The notes: a model not told the origin generated them from the sequence alone. Positions 19,823 through 30,011 are shown, numbered from the stretch's first letter. The stretch: 51,279 bases of DNA from Candidatus Pacearchaeota archaeon (GCA_038817835.1 JAWAZI010000006.1:1-51279), one strand, 5' to 3'. A program made the numbers and translations.

Positions 19823-20722
19823 ATGAAAAAAGAAAATAAAAAATCAAAGATAATAATTGTAAGTTTAATTTTATTAATTATATTACTCATCACAATATTA
19901 TCATTATTTTTAAATATAAAATCAAAAGAAAAAGTTAAATTTTATTTAATAAGAATTGAGGGTCCTATAATGACTAGTGGTGATTTTTATTTTTATAAAA
20001 TTACAAATGCAGATGAAATATTAAAAGAAATTGAAAAAGCAAAAAATTATGATGGAATTTTACTTTACATAAACTCAAATGGTGGATCTGCAAGTGCAAG
20101 CTTCAAAATTTTGGATGCATTAAAAGAATATAAAAGCATGAATAAAACAATAATTGCATTTATTGATGAAGCAGGACTTAGTGGAGCATATTTAATTGCA
20201 AGTGTTGCTGATAAAATTTATGCTAATAGAATAAGCTTAATTGGAAGTATAGGTGTTATTGGAAGTTATTTAGAAATAGCAGGATTATTAGAAAGGTATA
20301 ATATAAGTTATGTAAGAATTGTTAAAGGAGATTATAAAGATATTGGAAGTCCACTCAAACATATAACTGAAAAAGAAAAGGAGATTCTTGAAAAGAAAAT
20401 AGAAATAATTTATAATGAATTTATAGAAGAAGTAAGTAAAAACAGAAAATTAGATAAAGAAGAAGTAAAAAAAATAGCAAATGGTGAATTTTTCATTAGT
20501 AATGAAGCTTTAGAATTAAAATTAATAGATAAAATTGGAAATATGAAAGATATTAAAAATGATATTGAAAAAGAATTAAATAAAAGTTTAGAAATAATTG
20601 AAGTTAGAAAACCATCAAGCTTCTATGAAGAATTAAAAAAAATTATTTCATTTAGTTTTTATGCTATTGGTTATGGAATTGGTAATTCTATAAAAAATTA
20701 TAATCCAAATATAGAATTATGA
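19823..20722 (+). CDS. sppA: Signal peptide peptidase SppA (S49)
   Basis: INSNGGS, SGAYLIAS, GSIGV, KGDYKDIGSP. Confidence 0.9.
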   Translation: MKKENKKSKIIIVSLILLIILLITILSLFLNIKSKEKVKFYLIRIEGPIMTSGDFYFYKITNADEILKEIEKAKNYDGILLYINSNGGSASASFKILDALKEYKSMNKTIIAFIDEAGLSGAYLIASVADKIYANRISLIGSIGVIGSYLEIAGLLERYNISYVRIVKGDYKDIGSPLKHITEKEKEILEKKIEIIYNEFIEEVSKNRKLDKEEVKKIANGEFFISNEALELKLIDKIGNMKDIKNDIEKELNKSLEIIEVRKPSSFYEELKKIISFSFYAIGYGIGNSIKNYNPNIEL

Positions 20723-23680
20723 AAGCTTATTAATTCTTATTTTTATTTTTTTATCTTTAATCATAAATTCTTTCTCAAACTCAAATTTCTTTTTACTTTC
20801 TTTCTCTAAAATATCAAAAATTTTTGCATTAACTCTTTCTTTTATAAATTTTATCCAATTATACTTTAATAAAAGCTCTTTCATATTAGTATCTAAAACT
20901 AATTCAAGTTCTATTATATTTTCCCTAACTAATTTTAATTTTTTTCTTGAATCCTGAATATTTCTTGATATTTCTCTAGCTAAACCTTCTGCAAATAATT
21001 CATCGTCCATATCTTTACTTAAATCTACCCATATATTATCTAATTTCTTTGCTTCTTTTGTGATATTTTTTACTTTATCAACAATTATATTTTTAACATT
21101 AGTTTGCGATTTTAATATTTCAACAAAATCTTCAATATTAATATTTTCATCTGAAAAAATAAACAAGTTTCTTAATGGCCATCTCAAATTTATTTTATTT
21201 TCAGTTCTTATAGCTAAAGCTATTTCTATAATTTTATTAATTAAATCAAAATTTTTTTCAAGATTTTCATTTATTTTATCTTCTTTATATTTTGGCCATT
21301 TCTCTAAAACTAAACTTCCATTTTCTATTTTTCTCCATAACCAATCCGAAAAAAATGGTGATACTGGATACAAAAGTTTCAAAATTATTTTTAATATTTC
21401 TTTAATTAATAATTTTTTATTTTCAGCTTTTTCTCTTATCAATTTTATATAAGTTCTAGAAAAATCATTTAAAACAAAATCGTAAAGATTTCTCAAAGCA
21501 AGATTAAACTCAAAATTTTCAAGATATTGGGTATATTCTTTAATTAACTTATTAACTTTAGATAATATCCACCTATCTTCTATTTCTTCATTAAATTTTT
21601 CTGCAGGTCCTAGTTGACTATAAAAATTATACAAATTATATAATACATTAAAAAATTTCATAGGTTCTTTATAGATATTATCAAGATTAACTAATTGAAC
21701 AGTATATGGAGGAGAATCGTAAAGTAAATAAAATCTCAATAAATCTGCCCCATATTTTTCTATAGCATCTTTAGCATAAATTACATTACCCAAGCTTTTA
21801 CTCATTTTTTGTCCCTTAGCATCAAGAATCCATCCAACCATCGAAACACATTTATATGGTGATATATTAAAAGTAGCTACACCTGAAAAAAGTAAAACAT
21901 AAAACCAACCTCTAATTTGATCTTGTCCTTCACTAATTCTATCTACAGGCCATAAATTTTCAAACAAATTATTATCATAATAAGGATATCCTAAACTTGC
22001 CCATGGTGCTATACTTGAATCGAACCATACATCAAAAACATAAGGGACCCTTTTCATTTTACTTCCACAAACATCACATAAAAGTTCTACATCTGAAGCA
22101 GAATGTAAATCAAAATCTATAGGAATAGGATTATTTGCTTTTATTGCTTCCTCTCCAAGTTGTTTTAAACTAGAGATAACTTTAACTTCTTTACAATTTT
22201 TATTTTCACATTCCCATATAGGTATAGGAATCCCCCAATATCTTTGTCTACTAATATTCCAATCTTCTGCATTAACAACCCAATTAATCATTCTCTCTTT
22301 AGAAAACTCTGGTAACCATTTTACTTTTTCTATTTCTTTCAACATTTTTTCTTTTATAGGTTTTATACTAACAAAATATTGTTCATTTAGCTTCACTATT
22401 AAAGGTGTTTTACATCTCCAACATACAGGATATTTATGATCAATATATTCAAAATAAAGTAGAGAATTATTTTTTTCTAAATAATCTATAATTTTTAAAT
22501 CAGCATCTTTAACATATATTCCTTTAAGCCAACCAGCATCTGAAGTAAATTTACATTCATCATCTAAAGGAGAAATAATTGGAAGATTATAATATTGACT
22601 AATTTCATAATCTGTTTTTCCATGTCCTCCAGCTGTATGAACAACTCCGGTTCCCTCACTAAGATTTACAAAATCTTCAAAAAGTTCTTTAACTTTTATA
22701 GCTTTTTTAGCCGCTGTTTTACTTGCAACTCTTTCTTTTAATAATTTTATGCTTGGTATTAATGTATGTATTTTTTGATTTTCTTTTTTCATTTCTTCAA
22801 GTTGTTTTTGTATAGGTAAATCTAATACAGGATAATAACTTAAACCAACAAGATCTTTACCTTTTATTTTATCAATAATATTATATCCATAACCTATTTG
22901 TGTTAAAACATCTATTCTATCTTGAGCAATTAAAACATTTCTTCCATCACTTAATTCAACTAAAGCATAATCTGTATCATCCCTAATAGCTAAAGCAACA
23001 TTACTAACTAAAGTCCATGGTGTAGTTGTCCAAACAAGAATATAAGCTTCTTTGTTATTAATTTTTTCTTTTAATTTAAATAAAACATATATACTTGGGT
23101 CTTTCAAAGTTATATAGCTGTCTGTAATTTCATAACCAGCTAAAGAAGTTTGACAATGATTACAATAATGAATTGGTTTATAACCTTTATATACTAAACC
23201 TCTTTCCCACCATCTTTTAAAAGTCCACCAAGCACTTTCAATATAATAATTTTCATAAGTTAAATAAGGTTGTTTTAAAAAATAAAGAAGTCCGGCATTC
23301 TTATAGATTTGAAGCCATAAATCTTTATTTAGCATTACACTTTTTTTACATATTTCTAAGAATTTACTAACTCCTAACTCTTCAATTTCTTTTTTATTTT
23401 TTAGATTTAATTTTTTCTCTACAGCATTTTCTATAGGTAATCCATGAGTATCAAAACCTGGCATAAAAAAAACTTTATAATCTTGCATAAATTTTAGCCT
23501 TATTATAACGTCCTTAATTATTTTAATTTTTAAATGTCCTATATGAGGAACATCATTTAAATATGGAGGACCATCTAAAAAATAGAATTTTTTTCCATCT
23601 TTAGCTAATAATTTCTCATAAATTTTATTCTCTTTTAACCATTCCTCTTCCTCAAATTGGATCTTTAATAAATCGAGCAT
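20717..23680 (-). CDS. ileS: Isoleucine--tRNA ligase
   Basis: DGPPY..HIGH, GFDTHGLPIE, WTTTPWTL, DWNISRQRYWG, EGQDQIRGWF, KMSKS. Confidence 0.95.
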   Translation of the reverse strand: MLDLLKIQFEEEEWLKENKIYEKLLAKDGKKFYFLDGPPYLNDVPHIGHLKIKIIKDVIIRLKFMQDYKVFFMPGFDTHGLPIENAVEKKLNLKNKKEIEELGVSKFLEICKKSVMLNKDLWLQIYKNAGLLYFLKQPYLTYENYYIESAWWTFKRWWERGLVYKGYKPIHYCNHCQTSLAGYEITDSYITLKDPSIYVLFKLKEKINNKEAYILVWTTTPWTLVSNVALAIRDDTDYALVELSDGRNVLIAQDRIDVLTQIGYGYNIIDKIKGKDLVGLSYYPVLDLPIQKQLEEMKKENQKIHTLIPSIKLLKERVASKTAAKKAIKVKELFEDFVNLSEGTGVVHTAGGHGKTDYEISQYYNLPIISPLDDECKFTSDAGWLKGIYVKDADLKIIDYLEKNNSLLYFEYIDHKYPVCWRCKTPLIVKLNEQYFVSIKPIKEKMLKEIEKVKWLPEFSKERMINWVVNAEDWNISRQRYWGIPIPIWECENKNCKEVKVISSLKQLGEEAIKANNPIPIDFDLHSASDVELLCDVCGSKMKRVPYVFDVWFDSSIAPWASLGYPYYDNNLFENLWPVDRISEGQDQIRGWFYVLLFSGVATFNISPYKCVSMVGWILDAKGQKMSKSLGNVIYAKDAIEKYGADLLRFYLLYDSPPYTVQLVNLDNIYKEPMKFFNVLYNLYNFYSQLGPAEKFNEEIEDRWILSKVNKLIKEYTQYLENFEFNLALRNLYDFVLNDFSRTYIKLIREKAENKKLLIKEILKIILKLLYPVSPFFSDWLWRKIENGSLVLEKWPKYKEDKINENLEKNFDLINKIIEIALAIRTENKINLRWPLRNLFIFSDENINIEDFVEILKSQTNVKNIIVDKVKNITKEAKKLDNIWVDLSKDMDDELFAEGLAREISRNIQDSRKKLKLVRENIIELELVLDTNMKELLLKYNWIKFIKERVNAKIFDILEKESKKKFEFEKEFMIKDKKIKIRINKLS

Positions 23681-23721
23681 TCAAAAAGAAAAAAAATTAA
23701 TTTTTAAATTTTTTTAGCTTT

Positions 23722-24288
23722 TTATTCTTTTTTCTCTTTTTTTTCTATTTCTTTGATGTATCTTTTAATTTTAGCTGCTTCTAGTGGCATAGAATCTTTT
23801 TCATAAAGATATGCTATTTTTCTAAGCATATCTATTTTATTTATATCCCTACTTGCTAAATATTCATAAATTTTTATTGCTTTTAATATTTTTTTCTTCT
23901 TTTCATAATCCGCTGCTTCATCTAAACAAAATTTTATATACTCTTGCCTTATTCTTTCCTCTTCAGATTTATTACTAGCTGCTATAGCTTTTTTTAAATA
24001 ATCTTCTGCAGCAGAAAAATTAAAAATTTTTACATAAAGTTTTGCTATTTTAAGAAAAATTTCTTGTTGTTCCTTAAATTTTACTAATAAAGAAGATAGC
24101 TGAGTATAATAAGTTAAAGCAGAATTAAACATTTGTTTTTTTTCATATAAATTTGCTAATGTTAATAAAATAAATTTTCTTGTTTCTTTATCTGTTTGCT
24201 TTGGCAAAATTCTCTCAAGAAATTCTATTCTTTTCTCATCACTAATAAAATTTTTAATTTGAGATATTATATCTTCTTTTGTAAGCAT
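23722..24288 (-). CDS. TPR-like helical repeat protein
   Basis: LANLYEK..ALTYY, IAKLYVK..AEDYLKKA, IAYLYEK spacing. Confidence 0.65.
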   Translation of the reverse strand: MLTKEDIISQIKNFISDEKRIEFLERILPKQTDKETRKFILLTLANLYEKKQMFNSALTYYTQLSSLLVKFKEQQEIFLKIAKLYVKIFNFSAAEDYLKKAIAASNKSEEERIRQEYIKFCLDEAADYEKKKKILKAIKIYEYLASRDINKIDMLRKIAYLYEKDSMPLEAAKIKRYIKEIEKKEKKE

Positions 24289-24348
24289 AAATTTTATAAT
24301 TTAAAAATTTTATAAATTTTTTCTATCCCTATCTTGAAGTAAAATTTT

Positions 24349-26163
24349 TTATTCAACTGTTACTGTCTTTGCAAGATTTCTTGGTTTGTCAACATCATAG
24401 CCTTTAAGTTTTGCAATATGATAGGCAAAAAGTTGTAAAGGAATAACACATAAAATTGGTTGAAGTTCTTCAATTGCATTTGGAATTATTATAATATCAT
24501 CTGCTATGTCAATTATTTCTCTAAGTTTATTTCCTTTTGTTGTAATTACTATAATTTTTCCTTTTCTAGCTTTTATCTCTTGCATATTATTTATTACTTT
24601 ATCAATTACAGAATCATGAGGAGAAATAAAGAAAGTAAAAATTTTATCATCAATTAAAGCTATTGGTCCATGTTTCATTTCTCCAGAAGTTATTGCTTCT
24701 ACATGAACATAAGCAATTTCCTTAAGTTTTAATGCTCCTTCTAAAGCAATAGGATAAGAAAATTTTCTACCTAAAAATAAAGCATTGTTATAATTAATAT
24801 ATTTTTTTGCTAATTTTTTAATGTAATCATTTAATAACAAAATTTTTCTAATTTTTGATGGTAAATTAATTAAATCTTTTATATATCTTCTTGCTTGACT
24901 TATACTAATATAATTAAATTTCCTTGCCAAATAAAGCCAAAATAAGAAAAGAATTAAGCATTGTGCAGTAAAAGTTTTTGTTGCTGCAACACCAATTTCC
25001 CTGCCAGCATGTAAATATATCCCGCCATCTACTTCTCTAGCTATACTACTTGAAACAACATTTACTATACCCAAAGTTTTTAAAGCTTTTTTCTTATTTT
25101 CTCTCAATGCTTCCAAAACATCAATAGTTTCCCCACTTTGACTTATTGCAACAAGTAAATCATTTTTTGTTATTTTTTTCTCATTATATTTAAATTCACT
25201 AGCTAACTCAACATCACAATTAAAAAATCTATCAAATAAATATTTTGCATATAATGCAGCATTATAACTAGAACCACAACCAAAAAAAATTATTCTTTTA
25301 AATTTTTTTATTTCATCAAAATTTATTCCTCCAAAAACAGGAATTGCATCTTTAAAAGCAATTTTCGCTTTAATAATATTTTCTATTATTTCTCCTTGCT
25401 CAAAAATTTCTTTAAGCATAAATGATTCAAAGTTCTTTTTATCGATTTCTTCCTCATATTTTTTTATCTCTATCAATTCTTTATTTAATTTTTCACCATT
25501 CAAATTCATAATTTCTATATTATAATTATCAATAATTGCAAGCTCATTATCATTAAGAAATATAAATTTGTTTATAGGTATGGCAATTGTATCCGATGCT
25601 ATATAAAATTCATTCTTATCAATTCCAATAACTAATGGACTAGATTTTCTTGCTAAAAATAATTTTCCATTATATAAAGCAATAATAGCATATGCTCCTT
25701 CTATTAATTTTATCACATTTATCCATGCTTCTTTTTCATTATATTTTTTCAACATTTCCTCAAATAGATGAGGAATAATTTCTGTATCTGTTTGTGTTTT
25801 AAATTTATGATTTTTCTCTTTCAAAAATTCCTTTAATGATTTAAAATTCTCTATTATACCATTATGAATTACTGCAATATTTCCACTACAATCAAATATT
25901 GGATGAGTATTATCAATATTTACCTCACCATGAGTTGCCCATCTTGTATGAGCTATACCAATATTAGCATTAACTCTATCTAAATATTTACTTTGCTTTA
26001 TTAATCTATCAACTTTTCCAACTGTTTTAACTTCATAAATCTTATTTCCATAAAAAATTGCTAAACCACAAGAATCATAACCTCTATATTCTAATTTTTT
26101 TAAAGAACTTAATAATATAGGTAATGCTTTCTTATTTCCATAATATGCAGCAATTCCACACAT
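24349..26163 (-). CDS. glmS: Glutamine--fructose-6-phosphate transaminase (isomerizing)
   Basis: MCGI start, LEYRGYDS, HTRWATHG, SQSGET, EGALKLKE, DKPRNLAKTVTVE. Confidence 0.97.
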   Translation of the reverse strand: MCGIAAYYGNKKALPILLSSLKKLEYRGYDSCGLAIFYGNKIYEVKTVGKVDRLIKQSKYLDRVNANIGIAHTRWATHGEVNIDNTHPIFDCSGNIAVIHNGIIENFKSLKEFLKEKNHKFKTQTDTEIIPHLFEEMLKKYNEKEAWINVIKLIEGAYAIIALYNGKLFLARKSSPLVIGIDKNEFYIASDTIAIPINKFIFLNDNELAIIDNYNIEIMNLNGEKLNKELIEIKKYEEEIDKKNFESFMLKEIFEQGEIIENIIKAKIAFKDAIPVFGGINFDEIKKFKRIIFFGCGSSYNAALYAKYLFDRFFNCDVELASEFKYNEKKITKNDLLVAISQSGETIDVLEALRENKKKALKTLGIVNVVSSSIAREVDGGIYLHAGREIGVAATKTFTAQCLILFLFWLYLARKFNYISISQARRYIKDLINLPSKIRKILLLNDYIKKLAKKYINYNNALFLGRKFSYPIALEGALKLKEIAYVHVEAITSGEMKHGPIALIDDKIFTFFISPHDSVIDKVINNMQEIKARKGKIIVITTKGNKLREIIDIADDIIIIPNAIEELQPILCVIPLQLFAYHIAKLKGYDVDKPRNLAKTVTVE

Positions 26164-26234
26164 AAAAAAATTTATAAATGTTATTTTTTAAATATTATTA
26201 AAAAATTAATAAAAATGTTATAAAAAAATTTATA

Positions 26235-27140
26235 ATGTTAATAGTTGAAAATAGAAAAGGTAGATTAAATTTAATAAAAGCAAAAGAAATAAATATTGAA
26301 AATTTTATGAATAAAAAAGAAATAGAAATTTTAAATTTAATAGCAAAATCTCCAATATCTGCAAAAAAAATTTCTAAATTATTATCAATAAATGAACAAA
26401 CAGTTTATTATTATTTAAAAAAATTAGAAAAAAAAGGATTAATAAAAGTTAAAGAAAAAATATTGATTAGTGGTTTTGAAGAAAAAATATATCAAATTTC
26501 TTCTTCGGCTTTTTATTTTATATTCAAAAAAAAATTTGAAAAAAATAAATTTAAAATAGAAAAAAATCAAGCTATAATAGATTTTCTTTATCCTTTTATT
26601 GAAGATGGTAAATTAAAAAGCTTAATTGTTATAGGAAGTCCTGAACCACATGGAATAGAAAGGGCAAGAAGTAAAGATGCATATTATGCGTTTGATATAG
26701 CACTTGTGTTAGGATCATTTTTATATAATATAGAAAAAAATATAGTTAAACTTGATACAGAAATAAAAGAAAAGGATCTTGATAATAACTTAATAATTAT
26801 TGGTGGACCAATTGTTAATACATTATGCTACAAAATAAATCAAAAGATGCCAATCGTATTTTTATTAAAAGAAAAGGCATTTTTATCAAAAAAAACTAAT
26901 AAAAAATATTATGATGATGAAATAGGAGTAATAGTAAAAACAAAAAATCCATTCTCTAAAAATAAACAAATATTATTAGTAGAAGGTAAAAGATATATAG
27001 GAACAAAAGCATGTGTTATAGCTTTTACAAAATATTTACACGATCTTGCAAAAAAAATAAATGAAAATTCTTATACTATAGTTAGGGGTTATGATATTGA
27101 TAGTGATGGTATTATAGATGACATAGAATTTATTGAGTAG
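26235..27140 (+). CDS. Winged-helix regulator fused to an S-layer-C-terminal-like alpha/beta domain
   Basis: N-terminal SAKKISKLL..EQTVYYYLKKLEKKGLI HTH; C-terminal NLIIIGGPIVN, KNPF and D.DSDG.ID motifs. Confidence 0.7.
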   Translation: MLIVENRKGRLNLIKAKEINIENFMNKKEIEILNLIAKSPISAKKISKLLSINEQTVYYYLKKLEKKGLIKVKEKILISGFEEKIYQISSSAFYFIFKKKFEKNKFKIEKNQAIIDFLYPFIEDGKLKSLIVIGSPEPHGIERARSKDAYYAFDIALVLGSFLYNIEKNIVKLDTEIKEKDLDNNLIIIGGPIVNTLCYKINQKMPIVFLLKEKAFLSKKTNKKYYDDEIGVIVKTKNPFSKNKQILLVEGKRYIGTKACVIAFTKYLHDLAKKINENSYTIVRGYDIDSDGIIDDIEFIE

Positions 27141-27225
27141 ATTAAAAAATAATTACTACTTTGTAATTAAAACTAATCATAAAATTTTTAAATAGTACTA
27201 CTTTATAATTATATCACCTCTTTTT

Positions 27226-27268
27226 CCCCACCAGAGGTTCAACTTTTATGTTTGAACCTCTGGCAGGG
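27226..27268 (-). other. GC-rich 17-bp RNA hairpin downstream of rps27ae
   Basis: Minus strand CCCTGCCAGAGGTTCAA-ACATAAAAG-TTGAACCTCTGGTGGGG: 15 Watson-Crick pairs and 2 G-U pairs. Confidence 0.75.
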
Positions 27269-27277
27269 TTTTAAAAA

Positions 27278-27466
27278 TTATTTATTTATAAATTCTGTAT
27301 ATTGACATCTGCCACAATATAATCTATCTTTATGCTTAGCTAAGAAAATACCACTACCACATCTTGGACAAAATTTTGCTTTATATTTTATTTTATCTCC
27401 ATCAATCTCATATTTACTCCATTTTTTACTTGATGGCTTATTCTTTTTTTTCTTCTTCTCTCCCAT
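27278..27466 (-). CDS. rps27ae: 30S ribosomal protein S27ae
   Basis: [22 protein letters not shown] zinc ribbon. Confidence 0.95.
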   Translation of the reverse strand: MGEKKKKKNKPSSKKWSKYEIDGDKIKYKAKFCPRCGSGIFLAKHKDRLYCGRCQYTEFINK

Positions 27467-27725
27467 TTTTCTTTTTTATTATTTCTAATTTATTTAACCA
27501 TTCTTTATCTTTATAAATAAAAGCATAAACTACCATTTCTTTACTTCCAAAGAATGTTTCTATTTTTCTTATACTAATTAATTCTTCATTAACATTAAAA
27601 ATTTTTGATAAATTTTGTTTAATTTCTTTTCTGCTAGGAACAGATTTATCAAACCTTATATTTAATTTTAATTCATCTCTATGTAAAAGAGGATTCTCTT
27701 TTATTTCTTTATTTAAAATTTCCAT
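27438..27725 (-). CDS. rps24e: 30S ribosomal protein S24e
   Basis: [19 protein letters not shown]; conserved position before S27ae. Confidence 0.9.
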   Translation of the reverse strand: MEILNKEIKENPLLHRDELKLNIRFDKSVPSRKEIKQNLSKIFNVNEELISIRKIETFFGSKEMVVYAFIYKDKEWLNKLEIIKKKNGREEEKKE

Positions 27726-27726
27726 T

Positions 27727-27909
27727 TTATCTAATGATTATTGTATATTTTCCTGGAGCCTTTATGTTTAATTTTTTAGCTATCTCTGAATTTTCAGGAT
27801 CTATAACTATAATTACTCCTTTAAAAGATTCACTAAGTTTTTCGTTACATTCTGGACAAATTTCGATATTTTCATATATTCTTTTACATTTTTTGCATGC
27901 CTTTCTCAT
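27727..27909 (-). CDS. spt4: Transcription elongation factor Spt4 (RpoE''), start revised to 27909
   Basis: MRKACKKC..CPEC..DPENSEIAKKL..PGKY; ATGA overlap with the rpoE1 stop. Confidence 0.92.
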   Translation of the reverse strand: MRKACKKCKRIYENIEICPECNEKLSESFKGVIIVIDPENSEIAKKLNIKAPGKYTIIIR

Positions 27910-28448
27910 TTTTTCTTTCTTTTTTCTTTTTCTATCCACTCAAGTTTTCCTAATCCAGGTTGTCTCATTGTTAAACCAATTTTTGGTGGCATTGTTTTAT
28001 AACTTATAGCAACAATTCTTGCTAAGCATAAATCGCCTTTTTTTAAATTTTTTTTGGTATTTTTTCCTATTAAGCTATTTGTTTTACTAAAACTTACATA
28101 ATCATCCATTGTTTGACTTATATGTATTAATGCATCTATTAAACCTATATTTATAAATGCTCCAAAACTTGTTATTTGACTTATTTTTCCATAAACCAAT
28201 TCATTTAATTCTGGTTTAAAAGTTAATAAAGTAAATTTGGCATTATAATATACTGCTCCATCTTCTGGAATAATTACTCCTTCCCCAACTTCTTTAACTT
28301 CAACTACTTTTATAACTATTCCCAAATCTTGATCTATCCAATTTTCATAAGCTTTTTCTAATTCTTTTATAATTGCATCTCTCACAGAAAGCCCAAAATT
28401 TTCTGGTGCTATTCTTACATAATCTTCTGCTTCTGTTAAATAAAACAT
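27906..28448 (-). CDS. rpoE1: RNA polymerase subunit E' (Rpo7)
   Basis: VRIAP..FG, GEGVIIPEDG, S1 domain FGAF..LIHISQ, KIGLTMRQPGLGK. Confidence 0.95.
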   Translation of the reverse strand: MFYLTEAEDYVRIAPENFGLSVRDAIIKELEKAYENWIDQDLGIVIKVVEVKEVGEGVIIPEDGAVYYNAKFTLLTFKPELNELVYGKISQITSFGAFINIGLIDALIHISQTMDDYVSFSKTNSLIGKNTKKNLKKGDLCLARIVAISYKTMPPKIGLTMRQPGLGKLEWIEKEKRKKK

Positions 28449-28468
28449 TTTAAATTAAAAATATAAAT

Positions 28469-28846
28469 TTAATTTTTAAAATTTTTTAAATCTTTAATAA
28501 TTTTTATTTTTAATTTTTTTTCTTTTATTAATTTATTAATTTTTTTTTCTATTTCTTTATCATAACTTGCAACATTAAATCCTTTACTAGCTAATTTTAA
28601 AATTGTAGCATCAACATTATTTGTTTCTATTATTTTTAATTTTTTTTCTTTTATTAATTTATTAATTTCTTCTAAAAGCAGATTAATTCTTAATTTGTAT
28701 TTACCTTTTTTTAATTTTTCTATCTCATTAATTGTTCCTTTAATTATATAGCAATCATAAATTTTAATTAATTCAAATAATTTATCAAATTTCTTTTCTT
28801 TAGCTAAATAAACCAAATAATTAGTATCGATTACAAGCTTCTCCAT
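28469..28846 (-). CDS. PIN-domain protein (Fcf1/Utp24-like)
   Basis: VIDTN, INEI, VDATI, VASYD acidic tetrad; usual position upstream of rpoE1. Confidence 0.75.
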   Translation of the reverse strand: MEKLVIDTNYLVYLAKEKKFDKLFELIKIYDCYIIKGTINEIEKLKKGKYKLRINLLLEEINKLIKEKKLKIIETNNVDATILKLASKGFNVASYDKEIEKKINKLIKEKKLKIKIIKDLKNFKN

Positions 28847-28847
28847 T

Positions 28848-29216
28848 TTATTTAAAACTAAAATAAATTAAAGTAAACAAATTAAATATATTGAAAAATA
28901 AAAAGTAATTTGATAAAAAAAATATCGAAAAATAAAATATTATTATAAAAATATATTTTTTATTATTAAAAAGTGGGGGGATCAGAAAAATATTGAAAAA
29001 TAGAAGAGTTATTTTCTCTATAAATATTACTAAAAATGAAAAAAATAAAATAAAAATTATTAGTAAAAATCTTGCAAAATTTATTTTTCTTTTTCTCCAA
29101 AATGCTTTAAAATTTTTTATTTCTTCTTTACAACAATTATAAAGAAAAAATCTAGAATAAATAAAAGAAAAAATTAAAATAATAAAAGCAAATAATCTTA
29201 AAATTATTTCATGCAT
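28848..29216 (-). CDS. Small membrane protein
   Basis: Hydrophobic Phe/Ile-rich ORF abutting the PIN gene; low complexity. Confidence 0.5.
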   Translation of the reverse strand: MHEIILRLFAFIILIFSFIYSRFFLYNCCKEEIKNFKAFWRKRKINFARFLLIIFILFFSFLVIFIEKITLLFFNIFLIPPLFNNKKYIFIIIFYFSIFFLSNYFLFFNIFNLFTLIYFSFK

Positions 29217-29249
29217 AAATATTTAATAAAAAATTAATTTTAAAATATT

Positions 29250-30011
29250 ATGGAGAATGTTGCATTCATTTATAGCAAAAAAGATATAGCAAGTTTTAAT
29301 TTATATAAAAAATTAAAAGAAATTCGTGATTTTGCTTTTTATGAAATTAATGATATGCTCTTTTTTGAAGATTTTTCAAAAATAAAAGAAGAAAAAATTA
29401 TATTTTTATCTAAACATGAATCAAAAGAAAAAATAAAAAGTATATGTTTGCATTTTAGTGGAAATTTTGATAAAGCAATATATGGGGGAAAGGATAAACA
29501 ATTATCTTTAGCTGATCCTTATTTATTAAAGAATATTTTTTTAAATTTAGCAGAAAGTAAAATTAATGATTTCAATTTAACTTTAGAAGCAACACATCAC
29601 GGGCCGCTATGTTTAAAGCAGCATTGTTTTGTTGAGATTGGAAGTAGTAAAAAAGAATGGGAAAATGAAAAAATTGCAGAAATAATTGCTAATGCTATAT
29701 CCCTTAGCTTAGAAAATAAAAGTAAAGATTATAATATAGCTATTGGTTTTGGAGGAAACCATTATTGTGCAAAATTTAATGAAATTGAAAAAATAAGTAA
29801 TTTTGCATTAAGCCATATATGCCCTAAATATGCTATAGACTTACTTGATTACGAATTATTCAAACAAATGATTGAAAGAACAAATAAAGAAGTTAATTTT
29901 ATTTTAATTGATAAAAAAGGATCAAAAACTGAACAAAGAGAAAAAATAAAAAATTTTTTAGAAAGATATAATAAAGAAAATAAAAAAAATATATCAATAA
30001 AATTAATATGA
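29250..30011 (+). CDS. dtdA: D-aminoacyl-tRNA deacylase (archaeal DTD2)
   Basis: FLSKH.S, H..GNF, LEATHHGP, FVEIGS, GFGGNHY. Confidence 0.9.
   Translation: MENVAFIYSKKDIASFNLYKKLKEIRDFAFYEINDMLFFEDFSKIKEEKIIFLSKHESKEKIKSICLHFSGNFDKAIYGGKDKQLSLADPYLLKNIFLNLAESKINDFNLTLEATHHGPLCLKQHCFVEIGSSKKEWENEKIAEIIANAISLSLENKSKDYNIAIGFGGNHYCAKFNEIEKISNFALSHICPKYAIDLLDYELFKQMIERTNKEVNFILIDKKGSKTEQREKIKNFLERYNKENKKNISIKLI

Noticed and set aside
19617-19847. 76-aa minus-strand ORF
   Set aside because: It is the antisense reading of tRNA-Ser(GCT); PGAGLEPAR is a typical tRNA shadow translation.
27150-27220. Small ORF downstream of the SD-like GAGGTGAT on the minus strand
   Set aside because: No start codon at usable spacing; the nearest ATG is about 30 nt away and opens only about 11 codons.
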